A program made the position numbers and the translations under genes. 64,000 nt of DNA from a bacterium (GTDB lineage Bacteria > Zhuqueibacterota > Zhuqueibacteria > Zhuqueibacterales > Zhuqueibacteraceae), in assembly GCA_044869275.1 (NCBI GenBank), contig JBIOXB010000197.1:22806-86805 (forward strand), given 5' to 3'. Numbering within the stretch: the stretch's first letter is position 1; each line of letters opens with the position of its first letter. Under the pieces are notes generated by a model. The model saw only the letters and a program-made list of their open reading frames with translations. It was not told where the DNA came from and did no database searches. This document shows positions 9,679-19,259 of this stretch, piece after piece.

Positions 9679-11985
9679 TTACACCGCAATTAATGCCTGC
9701 AATTCCAACTGCGTATGATGCAGCTTGGCATAGACACCATCGGGTTTCGCCAGCAATTCCTGATGTGTGCCTTGTTCCACCAGCCTACCGTCGTCCATCA
9801 CGAACAAACGATCGGCAGCGCTCAACGTGGAGAGCCGATGGGCGATGGCGAATGTGGTTCTGCCGGAAACCAGTCTTTGCAAGGCTTCCTGAATTTTCTT
9901 CTCGGTTTCGGTATCCACCGAGCTGGTGGCCTCGTCGAGAATCAACACGCGCGGATTGTGCAGAATTGCGCGCGCGATGCTGATGCGCTGGCGCTCGCCG
10001 CCCGAAAGCGTCAAACCGCGTTCGCCCACCATGGTGTCGTAGCCATCCGGCAAGCCGCAAATGAACTCATGCGCATTCGCAGCTTGGGCGGCGTGGATGA
10101 TGTCCTTCAGCGAGGCCTGCTGCGAGCCATAAGCAATGTTCTCCGCAATCGTGCCGCGGAACAGGTACGGCTCCTGCAAGACCACGCCGATTTGCCGCCG
10201 CATGTCGTACAGATCGAGATCGCGCACGTCGGTACCGTCGATTTTAACCGTGCCGTCCTTCACGTCGTAAAAACGGCAGATCAAATTGATCAAGGTGGTC
10301 TTGCCGCTGCCAGAAGAACCGGCCAGGCCGATCATTTCTCCCGGCTTCACTTCAAACGACACGCCCTTCAAAACATTGCGCACGCCGTCGTAGCTAAACG
10401 TCACCTTCTCGAAACTCACGCGCCCTTGCATGGGATGGAGCACGATCGCGTCCGGCTTGCTGGTGATGGTCGGCGTGGTGTCCAAAACTTCGAACACGCG
10501 CGAAGCCGAAGTCGTGGCGCGGTTTATGGTGCGGCTCATCATGCCCAAGTGTTTTACCGGCTCCCAAAACATCCACATGTAACCGGTGAAGGCGACGAAC
10601 ACGCCGAGCGGCATGCCTTCGGCGCCGTTGCTGAGCACGTGGCGCAGCACACGCGGTGCGCCCACGGCCCACACGATCAAGCTGCACACGTGCATCAACA
10701 TCACCATCGTCGGCCAGAAGCGCGTCCATTCCTCGTGCAATTTGTCGGCCTCGGCCTCGACCGCCTTGCTGCGCGTCTGAAAGCGCTCATTCTCATGATC
10801 CTCTTGCGCAAAAGCTTTGACCACACGCATCCCGGGAATCACGTCGGACAGCACGCCGGTCATCGCCGACCACTTGCGCCAGATGCGCAAAAAGAACACT
10901 TGGATCTTTTTGCTGTGGCGGTAAAACAGCCAGGTCATCAACGGCAGCGGCAGCAGCACGAAAGCCGCCAGGGAATAATCCATCGCCAGCAAGGCGATGG
11001 TCACACCGATGATTTGCAGCACCGACACGACGATTTCAATAATGCCGAAGGTGATAAAATCCCACAGCCGGTCCGTGTCCGAGCTGATGCGTGTGATCAA
11101 CGAGCCGGTCGAGCGCGTGGCAAAGAACGACAGACTCAGCTTTTGCATGTGCGCGTAGATTTGTTCGCGCAGTTGCGTCGCGATTTTCTCCCCGGTGAGG
11201 GCCATAATGCGCAAACGCAGGAACGAAACAAACTCGCCCGCGCTCCACACAAAAGCGAGGCTGCCGATGATTGCCCACAGCCAGAACCAAGGATCGGCCA
11301 TGCGGCCCGTTTCCACCGGGCGCAGAATCTTGTCGATCATCGCGCCGGTCAAATACGGCGGCAGCAGCTGCAGAGCCGTGAGCAGCACCGCCAGCGACAA
11401 ACCGACCGCCACGGCGCGGCGATGGGCCCCCAGGTACGACAGCAAACGCAGCAGCACGCCCATCCTCGGCACGGCGAGTGCGGCTTTGGCTTCGAGCACG
11501 GGCTCGATCATCGCTTCCTGATACTCGCTCGCGCTGTCCAATTCCTCTGCCAAAGCCGGAGGCGGCTGGTTCCCCAGCAAGCGTTCGCGTCTCTGTTCGG
11601 CAATGAATTTTAGATTACCGATGGCGCGGCTCTGGCGGCGGGAGAACTGCACCGCCGCCAGCAGCTTCTTGTCCGCGCTCACCAGGTTCAGCCGGCTGCT
11701 GGTCAGGCCTTCGAGCACATCGAATTTTTCCACCTCGCGCAAAGCGAACTTGGCGGTGATCCATGCCGTCGAGCCGTTTTGCCAAGCACCGTCCGGTTCG
11801 GCAATCACGAAATGGCCGTCGCTGAGCACCAGCCAGCGCTGCGTAAAATGCAAGCCGCCATCCAAATCGCTCATCGCGAACGCATGAATGTTTTCCGGCC
11901 CGCAGGCGCGTTGCACGGCTTGCTCCACTTCGGGAGGCAAGGTTTCGGGTTGGTGAAAATAATCCTGTAGCAGATTTCTGGTCAT
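9679..11985 (-). CDS. ABC transporter, fused permease/ATP-binding subunit with N-terminal extension
   Basis: ABC membrane domain, Walker A GSSGSGKT, LSGGERQR signature, ILDEATSSVD, AHRLST. Confidence 0.95.
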   Translation of the reverse strand: MTRNLLQDYFHQPETLPPEVEQAVQRACGPENIHAFAMSDLDGGLHFTQRWLVLSDGHFVIAEPDGAWQNGSTAWITAKFALREVEKFDVLEGLTSSRLNLVSADKKLLAAVQFSRRQSRAIGNLKFIAEQRRERLLGNQPPPALAEELDSASEYQEAMIEPVLEAKAALAVPRMGVLLRLLSYLGAHRRAVAVGLSLAVLLTALQLLPPYLTGAMIDKILRPVETGRMADPWFWLWAIIGSLAFVWSAGEFVSFLRLRIMALTGEKIATQLREQIYAHMQKLSLSFFATRSTGSLITRISSDTDRLWDFITFGIIEIVVSVLQIIGVTIALLAMDYSLAAFVLLPLPLMTWLFYRHSKKIQVFFLRIWRKWSAMTGVLSDVIPGMRVVKAFAQEDHENERFQTRSKAVEAEADKLHEEWTRFWPTMVMLMHVCSLIVWAVGAPRVLRHVLSNGAEGMPLGVFVAFTGYMWMFWEPVKHLGMMSRTINRATTSASRVFEVLDTTPTITSKPDAIVLHPMQGRVSFEKVTFSYDGVRNVLKGVSFEVKPGEMIGLAGSSGSGKTTLINLICRFYDVKDGTVKIDGTDVRDLDLYDMRRQIGVVLQEPYLFRGTIAENIAYGSQQASLKDIIHAAQAANAHEFICGLPDGYDTMVGERGLTLSGGERQRISIARAILHNPRVLILDEATSSVDTETEKKIQEALQRLVSGRTTFAIAHRLSTLSAADRLFVMDDGRLVEQGTHQELLAKPDGVYAKLHHTQLELQALIAV

Positions 11986-12706
11986 ATTCGCTTCCTTGGA
12001 TTCAAGCCAAACTTAGAGATTTCGTATCAGCCGTGGCGTCGCTACTCCTGGCCGTGCAAGCCTATGGCTTACAGTCAGGATGACGGCGCTGCTTCACCGG
12101 CATGATTCGGTTCAAGACATGACAAAGCACCGGCTGAACATGCCCGCGGCGAAATGCCGCGGCCTGCCAGTTTTGTTCGTAGGAATGCCACAGACGCAAG
12201 CCCTTGAGCATGCGCTCCGATCACACCAGTGGGACAAGGGAATGCGATCCCGCGGGCGTGGTCTGGATTTTAGTTGATCATGCCGGGAAGAAAAAGCGCT
12301 GCCGCCTGCCCTACAGGGAGCGGCAAAAGGACTCGGGCGCGGTGGTCAATGCCGGCCGCGAACTCGTGGAGTATTGATGGTAAGGATCATGAAGACATTA
12401 CCCCCTTTCCTGGTTTGGGACGGGTCGCGCTCACTTCTTTGCAACCGGGTCCTGGTGATTTCTTGTTTCCTGGCACTCGCACAAAAGGAGGCTGGATTTG
12501 ACTCTCAATATATCTCAATTACAGCATATGTGTAGAAAGATAACAAAAGCTGGAATCTTTGCAAGAAAGTTTTTTGTCTGGCTTGTTTTGTGTCCTTCAT
12601 TTTGTTAAAATAAGCACGCGCCCATCCCAGAAAACTGAAATGTCATTGTCTTCGGGACCTCATTGGAAATCGTCCAGGTGTCGGTTTGCAGTCTTGTTTT
12701 ATCTCC

Positions 12707-13336
12707 ATGCTAATTTCCTCAAGAGACATTCTAAGCATTCTCGCGGCACAGCAACGGCGGCAGGCGACAAACACCAGCCTAAAGCATTCCGCCGTGATGA
12801 TGATTCTCTGCGAGCGTGAGGTGCACGCGGCATTACACACCCACGTTGTTTTCATCATGAAAGCCAGCGACGGCTCGCTCCACGGCGGTCAAATCGCGTT
12901 TCCCGGCGGCAAAGTGGAACCGGGAGAAGAGGTCTTGGCAGCTGCGCTGCGCGAAACGCAGGAAGAAATTGGCGTGGCACCGGAACAGCTCGAAGTGCTG
13001 GGCAGTCTGGGCTATTTCAGCACCATGACCACGGGCTACGATGCCGCGGTGTTCGTGGCGCGGCCGCGCCAGCCGCTGCGTTATGCGCCGCAGACCGGCG
13101 AGGTCGCCGCGATTTTCGAAATTCCGCTGGTGGCATTATTGGCGCAATTCGATTCTGCCTTGCAGATTCAAACGCCAGCAGACATGCTCAAGCTGCATTT
13201 TCATCTTCCCGCCGCAACGCATGTAAAATGGCAAACGCCGGCTTGGTCCGCCGGACAAACACAAATCTGCATCTGGGGTTTCACCGCGCGCGTGCTGCAG
13301 CACTTCTTCCAGATGAAAATCCGGCTTGCTTCATAA
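12707..13336 (+). CDS. Nudix hydrolase, CoA pyrophosphatase-like
   Basis: HGGQIAFPGGKVEPGE....AALRETQEEIG Nudix box; IWGFTA. Confidence 0.88.
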   Translation: MLISSRDILSILAAQQRRQATNTSLKHSAVMMILCEREVHAALHTHVVFIMKASDGSLHGGQIAFPGGKVEPGEEVLAAALRETQEEIGVAPEQLEVLGSLGYFSTMTTGYDAAVFVARPRQPLRYAPQTGEVAAIFEIPLVALLAQFDSALQIQTPADMLKLHFHLPAATHVKWQTPAWSAGQTQICIWGFTARVLQHFFQMKIRLAS

Positions 13337-13445
13337 GAAATGGGCGCTAAATTATTGGTCGAATTCCCGGGCGACGGGCCAGCGTTGCATCTCGCACAAG
13401 AGCCAGTCCTCCGCCGGCCGCATTTTATGACCTTCTTTTTGCATT

Positions 13446-13486
13446 TTACACGTTACACTTTACACTTTAATCGTGTAAAGTGTAAG
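13446..13486. repeat. 7-mer (TTACACK) repeat hairpin
   Basis: ttacacg ttacact ttacact ... gtgtaaagtgtaa; 13-bp perfect inverted repeat 13453-13465/13473-13485. Confidence 0.8.
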
Positions 13487-13531
13487 ACGCGTCTTGCGCT
13501 TAAAATACTAACTTTGAAGCGATGAGGAACC

Positions 13532-13873
13532 ATGTCGGTAACTGTGCGAACTGTTTTTCTATTGATTCTCTCCAACCTCTTCATGACTTTTGCCTGGTAT
13601 GGCCATCTTAGAAACTTGCACGACAAAAAATGGTACGTCGCCGCGATGGCAAGCTGGGGCATTGCCCTTTTCGAATACTTGATTCAAGTCCCGGCCAATC
13701 GCATCGGCTACGGCGTCTTGAGTCTGGCGCAGCTTAAAATCCTGCAAGAGCTGATCACGCTTTCGGTATTTGTGCCCTTTTCGATCTATTACATGAATCA
13801 GCCGATCAAGCAGGATTACTTTTACGCCATGATTTGCATGATCGGCGCGGTGTATTTTATTTTCAGATCGTAG
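13532..13873 (+). CDS. DMT family protein (DUF486)
   Basis: SNLFMTFAWYGHL, SWGIALFEY..QVPANRIG, QLKILQE motifs. Confidence 0.92.
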   Translation: MSVTVRTVFLLILSNLFMTFAWYGHLRNLHDKKWYVAAMASWGIALFEYLIQVPANRIGYGVLSLAQLKILQELITLSVFVPFSIYYMNQPIKQDYFYAMICMIGAVYFIFRS

Positions 13874-13957
13874 CGAAATTCGACTTGCGCCGTGCTGCCG
13901 GCATGGTTTTCTTTATTTCATGCGCACCTCGACTTCGCCCACAAGGATAAAACCGTC

Positions 13958-15031
13958 ATGACGCTGGAATCATTAGGCTGGCACCCTTTTTTTGCGGCGT
14001 ATTTTGAAGCGTATGCCACCGCCGGTTATTGCGCCGGTCGCGTGGCCATGCAGCACAAAGGCGCCTACACGTTGTATGCGGAACACGGCGAGCTGCGCGG
14101 CGAAGTCACCGGCAAAATGCTGCATCTGGCCGAGGGCGCGCAGGATTTGCCCGCCGTCGGCGATTGGGTGGCGCTGAGCGTGCGGCCGCAGGAAGGCGCG
14201 GCTACGATTCACGCGATTCTGCCGCGGCGCAGCCAATTTGTACGCCGTGCCGCCGGCGAGAAAGAAGAAGCGCAAGTGATCGCCAGCAACATCGATCATG
14301 TTTTCCTGGTGATGGGTCTGGACGCCAACCACAATTTGCAGCGCCTCGAGCGCTATCTCGTGCTGGCTTGGGAAAGCGGAGCCGGCCCGGTGATCGTGCT
14401 CAATAAAGCCGATCTTTGCGAAGACCTCGATCGCCGGAAACAGGAAGTGGAAGAAATTGCCCTGGGCGTAACGGTGCTGGTGATGAGCGCCAAAGAGCAT
14501 CAAGGCGTCGAGGCGATGCGTGAGTTTCTGCAAGCGGGCAAGACCGGCGCCTTGCTCGGCTCTTCCGGCGTGGGCAAATCGACCCTGGTGAATCAACTCG
14601 TGGGCGCCGAAAAACAAAAGATCAAAGAAGTGCGTGAGACCGATGGGCGCGGCCGGCACGCGACGACGCATCGCGAGTTGATCTTGTTGCCTGCCGGCGG
14701 CTTGTTGATCGACACGCCGGGCATGCGCGAGTTGCAGCTTTGGGGCGGCGAGGAAGGCCTGCAAGACACGTTTGAAGACATTCAAGCGATGGCGCAGCAA
14801 TGCCGTTTCCGCGATTGCCGGCATCAAGCCGAGCCGGATTGCGCGGTGCAACAGGCCCTGGCCAGCGGCGAGCTGGAGGGGCGCCGCTACCAAAACTTCC
14901 TCAAATTGCAGCGCGAGGCGAGTTATCAGGAACGCAAGGTCGATCCCACCGCCGCGCTTCTGCAAAAGCAAGAATGGAAAAGAATCCACGCCAGGCAAAA
15001 GCGGCATTATAAAGATACCAAGAAAAAATGA
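13958..15031 (+). CDS. rsgA: Ribosome small subunit-dependent GTPase A
   Basis: PAVGDWV, NKADL, GSSGVGKSTL, GRHATT, DTPGMRE and the CRFRDCRH..EPDC zinc finger. Confidence 0.95.
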   Translation: MTLESLGWHPFFAAYFEAYATAGYCAGRVAMQHKGAYTLYAEHGELRGEVTGKMLHLAEGAQDLPAVGDWVALSVRPQEGAATIHAILPRRSQFVRRAAGEKEEAQVIASNIDHVFLVMGLDANHNLQRLERYLVLAWESGAGPVIVLNKADLCEDLDRRKQEVEEIALGVTVLVMSAKEHQGVEAMREFLQAGKTGALLGSSGVGKSTLVNQLVGAEKQKIKEVRETDGRGRHATTHRELILLPAGGLLIDTPGMRELQLWGGEEGLQDTFEDIQAMAQQCRFRDCRHQAEPDCAVQQALASGELEGRRYQNFLKLQREASYQERKVDPTAALLQKQEWKRIHARQKRHYKDTKKK

Positions 15032-15675
15032 CGATCTTCTCTGAAGCCGATCGTGAGCAAATCGCAGCAGCGGTGAAATCCGCCGAAGGCAGCACCGCCG
15101 GCGAGATCGTGCCCTATGTCGTCGAGCGCAGTGACGACTATGAAGTCGCGCTGTGGCGCGGCGGCCTGTCTTTAAGCTTGCTGGTGATCACGGGGTTGTT
15201 GCTCGTGCGCGTCTTCACTTCGTTCTGGCTCGATCTGCGTTTCGCCCAAACGGCGATGCTGATTCTGCTGGCGCACGGCCTGGGCATGGTTGCCGTGTAT
15301 TTCATCCCCGCGCTGAGAAGGTTTTTCACCGGGCGGGAAGCGCTGGAGCACAAAGTTGCCCAGCGCGCGGCGCAAGCCTTTTTGTCCGAAGAAATCTTCA
15401 ATACGCGCGACCGCACCGGCATTCTGATCTTTTTGAGCCTGCTCGAGCGCCAGGTGATTGTCATGGGCGATGCGGGCATTAACGCCAAAGTTCAGCAACA
15501 CGATTGGGACGAGGTGGCGCAGATCATTGTGCGCGGTATGCGCGGCGGTGAGCCGGCAAAGGCCCTGATTTCCGCCATCCATAAGTGCGGCGAGTTGTTG
15601 CAACGCAAGGGCGTGGTACGCCGGCCCGACGATGCCGACGAACTGGCCGATGGCCTGCGCATGGCCGGAAGATGA
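15028..15675 (+). CDS. TPM-domain membrane protein
   Basis: AVKSAEGSTAGEI, TRDRTGILIFLS..ERQV..MGDAGI, DELAD. Confidence 0.88.
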   Translation: MTIFSEADREQIAAAVKSAEGSTAGEIVPYVVERSDDYEVALWRGGLSLSLLVITGLLLVRVFTSFWLDLRFAQTAMLILLAHGLGMVAVYFIPALRRFFTGREALEHKVAQRAAQAFLSEEIFNTRDRTGILIFLSLLERQVIVMGDAGINAKVQQHDWDEVAQIIVRGMRGGEPAKALISAIHKCGELLQRKGVVRRPDDADELADGLRMAGR

Positions 15676-16332
15676 TTATGACCTGCTCTTCGAAGAAGCT
15701 CTTTTCTATTTGCTTTTTTCTCTTTGCCGTTTGCTCTCCCGCATTGGCGCAATCTCTGCAAGTGCCTTACCTCGCCGGCCGCGTCAATGACACCGCGGGC
15801 CTGCTGTCGCAAGCCACCATCGAAGAATTAGAGGCGGCGCTCAAGGCGCATGAGGATTCCACCTCCAACCAAGTCGTCGTGCTCACACTTCCCGGCTTGC
15901 AAGGCGAAGCGTTGGAAGACTACTCCATGCGCGTGGTGGAAACATGGAAAATCGGCCAGGCGAACAGCGACAATGGCGTGCTGTTGCTGATCGTGCGCGA
16001 CGAGCGCAAAATGCGTATCGAGGTGGGCAGCGGATTGGAAGGCGACCTGCCGGACATTACCTGCGGCCGCATCATTCGCCATGAGATCACCCCGCGTTTT
16101 CGCGACGGCGATTACGACGGCGGCGTGCGCGCGGGCGTGCGCGGTATTCTCGCCGCGATTGCAGGCGCATACACCGCCGGCGGGACGGAAGAATCCTCCG
16201 AGTTCAATTGGGCCGGGCGGCGGCTGGCGCGGCTCGAGCAGTGGCGGGTCCTGGCGTGGCAGCTCCTCGGGAAGCAGTTTCTCGGGCGGTGGGGGAAGCT
16301 TCTCCGGCGGAGGCGCCTCGGGAAGCTGGTGA
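15672..16332 (+). pseudogene. YgcG-like TPM-domain protein with internal deletion/frameshift
   Basis: Signal peptide and TPM domain (GRVNDTAGLL, DNGVLLLI, RIEVG.GLEG.LPD) are in one frame. The Gly-rich tail GGGGSFSGGGASGSW* is in another frame ending at 16332. The usual TM segment is missing. Confidence 0.75.
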
Positions 16333-16334
16333 GG

Positions 16335-16380
16335 CAAAAAACCAAAAAATCAAAGCTCAAATTCCAAAAATCAGATCCAA
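16335..16380. repeat. Degenerate 7-mer A-rich repeat
   Basis: Periodic CAAA..: caaaaaac caaaaaat caaagct caaattc caaaaat cagatc caa. Confidence 0.55.
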
Positions 16381-16514
16381 GCCTGATGGCCGCTTCATGA
16401 AACAAAACAAGGGCCCGCTAAAGTTTCCATTGACAGGCCAGATGGCCCATATTATATTGCCAGCGAAGGTTTCATTTGCCGAAGTCGCCAACTCATTCAT
16501 GAGGTCGAAGCCGC

Positions 16515-17117
16515 ATGGGAAAGCACGATTCAGAAGACGATCCGACCAAAAGAAAAAGCGCCTTCAAGGCGAAAAACGCCGACCGGGCGATGGACAATAT
16601 GTTCCGCATCGTCATGGCCAACCATTTTCAATTGAGCGCCATGGCCGATTCCAAAGCCAACATGATGATCACGGTCTGTGCATTGATCCTCAGCTTATCG
16701 CTGGGCAAAATCACGGACCCTTCGCTGTTCCCCACGGTGGTGTGTATGGGCCTCACTTGCGTGTTCACAATTCTGCTGGCGGTCTATGCCACCATGCCCA
16801 ACTTGCCGCCGCGCCTGGCTCCGCCGATCAATCCGCGTGCGCCCGGCTTCAATCTCATTTTCTTCGGCCATTTCAGCCAGCTCGATTTTGAGACCTTTTT
16901 TCGCGAGATCGAGCAGGTGGTGAATGACCGCGCGCTGGTTTATGAATCGCTGGCGAGAGATTTGTACCGCCTGGGCAAAGTTTTGAGCGAGCGCAAATAC
17001 CGCTTCGTGCGCTACAGCTATATGGTGTTCATGGCGGGCTTGGTGATCAGCCTGTTGGTGATGATCGTCACCTTGTCCGTGCCGGCGGAAACACCGCCGG
17101 CCGCCACCGGTCCTTAG
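16515..17117 (+). CDS. DUF5706 / Pycsar-effector-like membrane protein
   Basis: NMFR...NH.QLSAMADSKANMMI, NLIFFGHF, LYRLGKVL..KYRFVRYSY.VF; 3 TM helices. Confidence 0.8.
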   Translation: MGKHDSEDDPTKRKSAFKAKNADRAMDNMFRIVMANHFQLSAMADSKANMMITVCALILSLSLGKITDPSLFPTVVCMGLTCVFTILLAVYATMPNLPPRLAPPINPRAPGFNLIFFGHFSQLDFETFFREIEQVVNDRALVYESLARDLYRLGKVLSERKYRFVRYSYMVFMAGLVISLLVMIVTLSVPAETPPAATGP

Positions 17118-17213
17118 CGGTGGTCGTTGAAAACGCGTTCGCGCCGTCGCGCGGCGAGCGCCGGACCAAAGCGGTTTTCACCTCCACACTTCGATAATGC
17201 TGAGATAAGCGCC

Positions 17214-18293
17214 ATGCCTTTCTTCGACACGCCTGAAGAATTACTTGCCCGCGTTTATTTCAACAACTCCCTGGGCGCCTGGCTGGGCGCCCTGCTCTCC
17301 GCCCTGGCCACGCCGTTGGTGATCGGTCTTTTGCGGCGCTTCGCCAAAAAGCGTGTGCAGGCGTTGGCGCAAACGACCCCCACGAAAGTCGATGACTTTC
17401 TCATCGAGTCGCTGCAGCACACACGCCGTTTTTTCCTGTTCGCGCTGGCATTGTATTTCGGCACGCGGCCGCTGGCGCTGCCCAATCGTCTGGCAACTTT
17501 CATCGACCTTTTTGTCATCAGTCTCACCCTGCTGCAAGTCGGCATTTGGGGCAACAACCTCATCACCTCCTGGGTCAGGCACTATACGCGGGAACGCGTG
17601 TCCCAAGACGCGGCCAGCGCGACTTCGATTGCCGCGATCGGGTTCATGGCAAAAATCGTGCTCTGGGTCGTGACCCTGCTGGTGGCGCTCGACAATTTGG
17701 GCGTGAACATTACGGCGTTGGTGGCGGGGCTCGGCATCGGCGGCATCGCGGTGGCGTTGGCCGCGCAGAATATTTTAGGGGATTTGTTTGCCTCGCTTTC
17801 GATCGTCATCGACAAGCCCTTCGTGCTGGGCGATACCATTTTCGTGGGTGAATTCGTCGGCACGGTGGAACACATCGGCTTGAAAACCACGAGGCTGCGC
17901 AGCATCTCCGGCGAGCAATTAATTATTACCAATAGCGACTTGCTGCGAAGCCGGATCCGAAACTTCAGACGCATGAGCGAGCGGCGTGTGGTTTTCACCG
18001 TGGGCGTCGTTTATCAAACTCCGGAAGACAAACTGGCGAGAATCCCGCAAATCATTCGCGAATACATTGAAGCCCAACCGCTCACGCGCTTCGACCGCGC
18101 ACACTTCAAGGGCTTCGGCAGTTTCTCGCTGGATTTCGAAGCGGTCTATTTCGTTCTGAGTCCGGACTATCTCACCTACATGGACACGCAGCAAGCGATC
18201 AACCTTGCCCTCTTGCAGAGCTTCGCGGAAGAAGAGATCGCGTTTGCATATCCGACGCAGACGATTTATCTGCCCAAGGAAAATATCGCATAA
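17214..18293 (+). CDS. Mechanosensitive channel, MscS family
   Basis: ALVAGLGIGGIAVALAAQ, DKPF..GD, GTVEHIGLKTTRLRS, I.FAYPTQT. Confidence 0.95.
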   Translation: MPFFDTPEELLARVYFNNSLGAWLGALLSALATPLVIGLLRRFAKKRVQALAQTTPTKVDDFLIESLQHTRRFFLFALALYFGTRPLALPNRLATFIDLFVISLTLLQVGIWGNNLITSWVRHYTRERVSQDAASATSIAAIGFMAKIVLWVVTLLVALDNLGVNITALVAGLGIGGIAVALAAQNILGDLFASLSIVIDKPFVLGDTIFVGEFVGTVEHIGLKTTRLRSISGEQLIITNSDLLRSRIRNFRRMSERRVVFTVGVVYQTPEDKLARIPQIIREYIEAQPLTRFDRAHFKGFGSFSLDFEAVYFVLSPDYLTYMDTQQAINLALLQSFAEEEIAFAYPTQTIYLPKENIA

Positions 18294-18300
18294 TTCCGAG

Positions 18301-18338
18301 GGCCCGAGTACTGCTTGCAGGCGTGCTCCGGCCTTTTT
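18301..18338 (+). terminator. Terminator-like hairpin upstream of CBS gene copy 1
   Basis: GGCCCGAGTAC-loop-GTGCTCCGGCC-TTTTT; near-identical to 21489-21527. Confidence 0.6.
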
Positions 18339-18371
18339 CTTTGCTTTGGTTCATCCGGCTCAAGGAGGTCG

Positions 18372-18812
18372 ATGATGAAACTATTGAAGCTTGCGCACGT
18401 TCCGCCCGTCGTCGTTGCGCCGCAGGCGAGCGTACACATGGCAGTGGAGAGCATGTGTGAAGCGAGAGTCGGCGCCGTGGGCGTGGTCGAGAACGGCAAA
18501 TTGATCGGCATCTTTACCGAGCGTGATCTCATGCGGCGCGTGGTCAGGCCCAATCTTAATCCGCATGAAACCTCAGTGGCAGAGGTGATGACGCGCGAAC
18601 CGTTCGTGGCGCCCGCCGAAATGGAAGTGAGCGATGCCTTCGAATTCATGGCCGACAAGCATTTGCGCCATCTTCCCATCACCGATCCCTCTGGCACCTT
18701 GCAGGGCATGCTGTCGGTGCGCCACCTGATGCGCCATATTGTCGAGCATCTTTCACATGAGCTGGAGGGCATGAATGCCTATTTCAGCGCGGATGGTCCC
18801 GGCGGAGGTTGA
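18372..18812 (+). CDS. CBS-domain pair protein (copy 1)
   Basis: VGAVGVV...LIGIFTERDLMRRV, VAEVMT, RHLPI; AGGAGG RBS. Confidence 0.92.
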   Translation: MMKLLKLAHVPPVVVAPQASVHMAVESMCEARVGAVGVVENGKLIGIFTERDLMRRVVRPNLNPHETSVAEVMTREPFVAPAEMEVSDAFEFMADKHLRHLPITDPSGTLQGMLSVRHLMRHIVEHLSHELEGMNAYFSADGPGGG

Positions 18813-18854
18813 ATCAAGCCATGCATCAGTATTCCTTGTGGGGGGTGATTTCGA

Positions 18855-19072
18855 GTCAGGCTGAGCGTAGTCGAAGTCTAATCATTGATTTTAGCTCCCT
18901 TCGACTCCGCTCGGGGTGACACTAGCTTACGTTTTCACTCAGGCTGATTCAGACTGTGTGAAAACGCTTGGTTTCAACGCCGGCTGAGCTTGTCGAAGCC
19001 GGATTTTTTGAACTTAGCACCCTTCGACAAGCTCGGGGTGCGGCATTCCCATGTTTTCACTCAGGCTGATTC
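18855..19072. mobile_element. Two tandem MITE/REP-like palindromic elements
   Basis: Both carry CTGAGC..GTCGAAG ... CTTCGAC..GCTCGGGGTG and both end in GTTTTCACTCAGGCT-GATTC. Element 18951-19067 has imperfect terminal inverted repeats (AGACTGTGTGAAAAC/GTTTTCACTCAGGCT) and GATTC on both flanks. Confidence 0.7.
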
Positions 19073-19105
19073 ATCCTGAATGGCATAAGCCGGACAAGCC
19101 GGAAA

Positions 19106-19168
19106 CCCAAAAGTCAAAGCACAAAATCCAAAAGTGGCATTGAATTTTGAGTTTTGGATTTTGAATTT
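19106..19168. repeat. 7-mer repeat hairpin
   Basis: caaaagt caaagca caaaatc caaaagt ... ttgaatt ttgagtt ttggatt ttgaatt. Confidence 0.75.
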
Positions 19169-19259
19169 CTTTGCTAAAAAAGCACAGATTGCACTTATTA
19201 TGGAATAACGAATTGGCCATGCACTAGCCGTTGGTGATTTTTTGAAGGAGAACAGTGAA

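Noticed and set aside
9495..9689. Small ORFs over the repeat hairpins (also 26272-26586 and 3209-3646)
   Set aside because: Low-complexity translations of the periodic DNA repeats; no sign of protein coding.
16515..17117. Complete Pycsar/CBASS defence system
   Set aside because: No cyclase or other defence genes are adjacent; the context is housekeeping.
18855..19072. CRISPR array
   Set aside because: Only two diverged palindromic units, no regular unique spacers and no cas genes.
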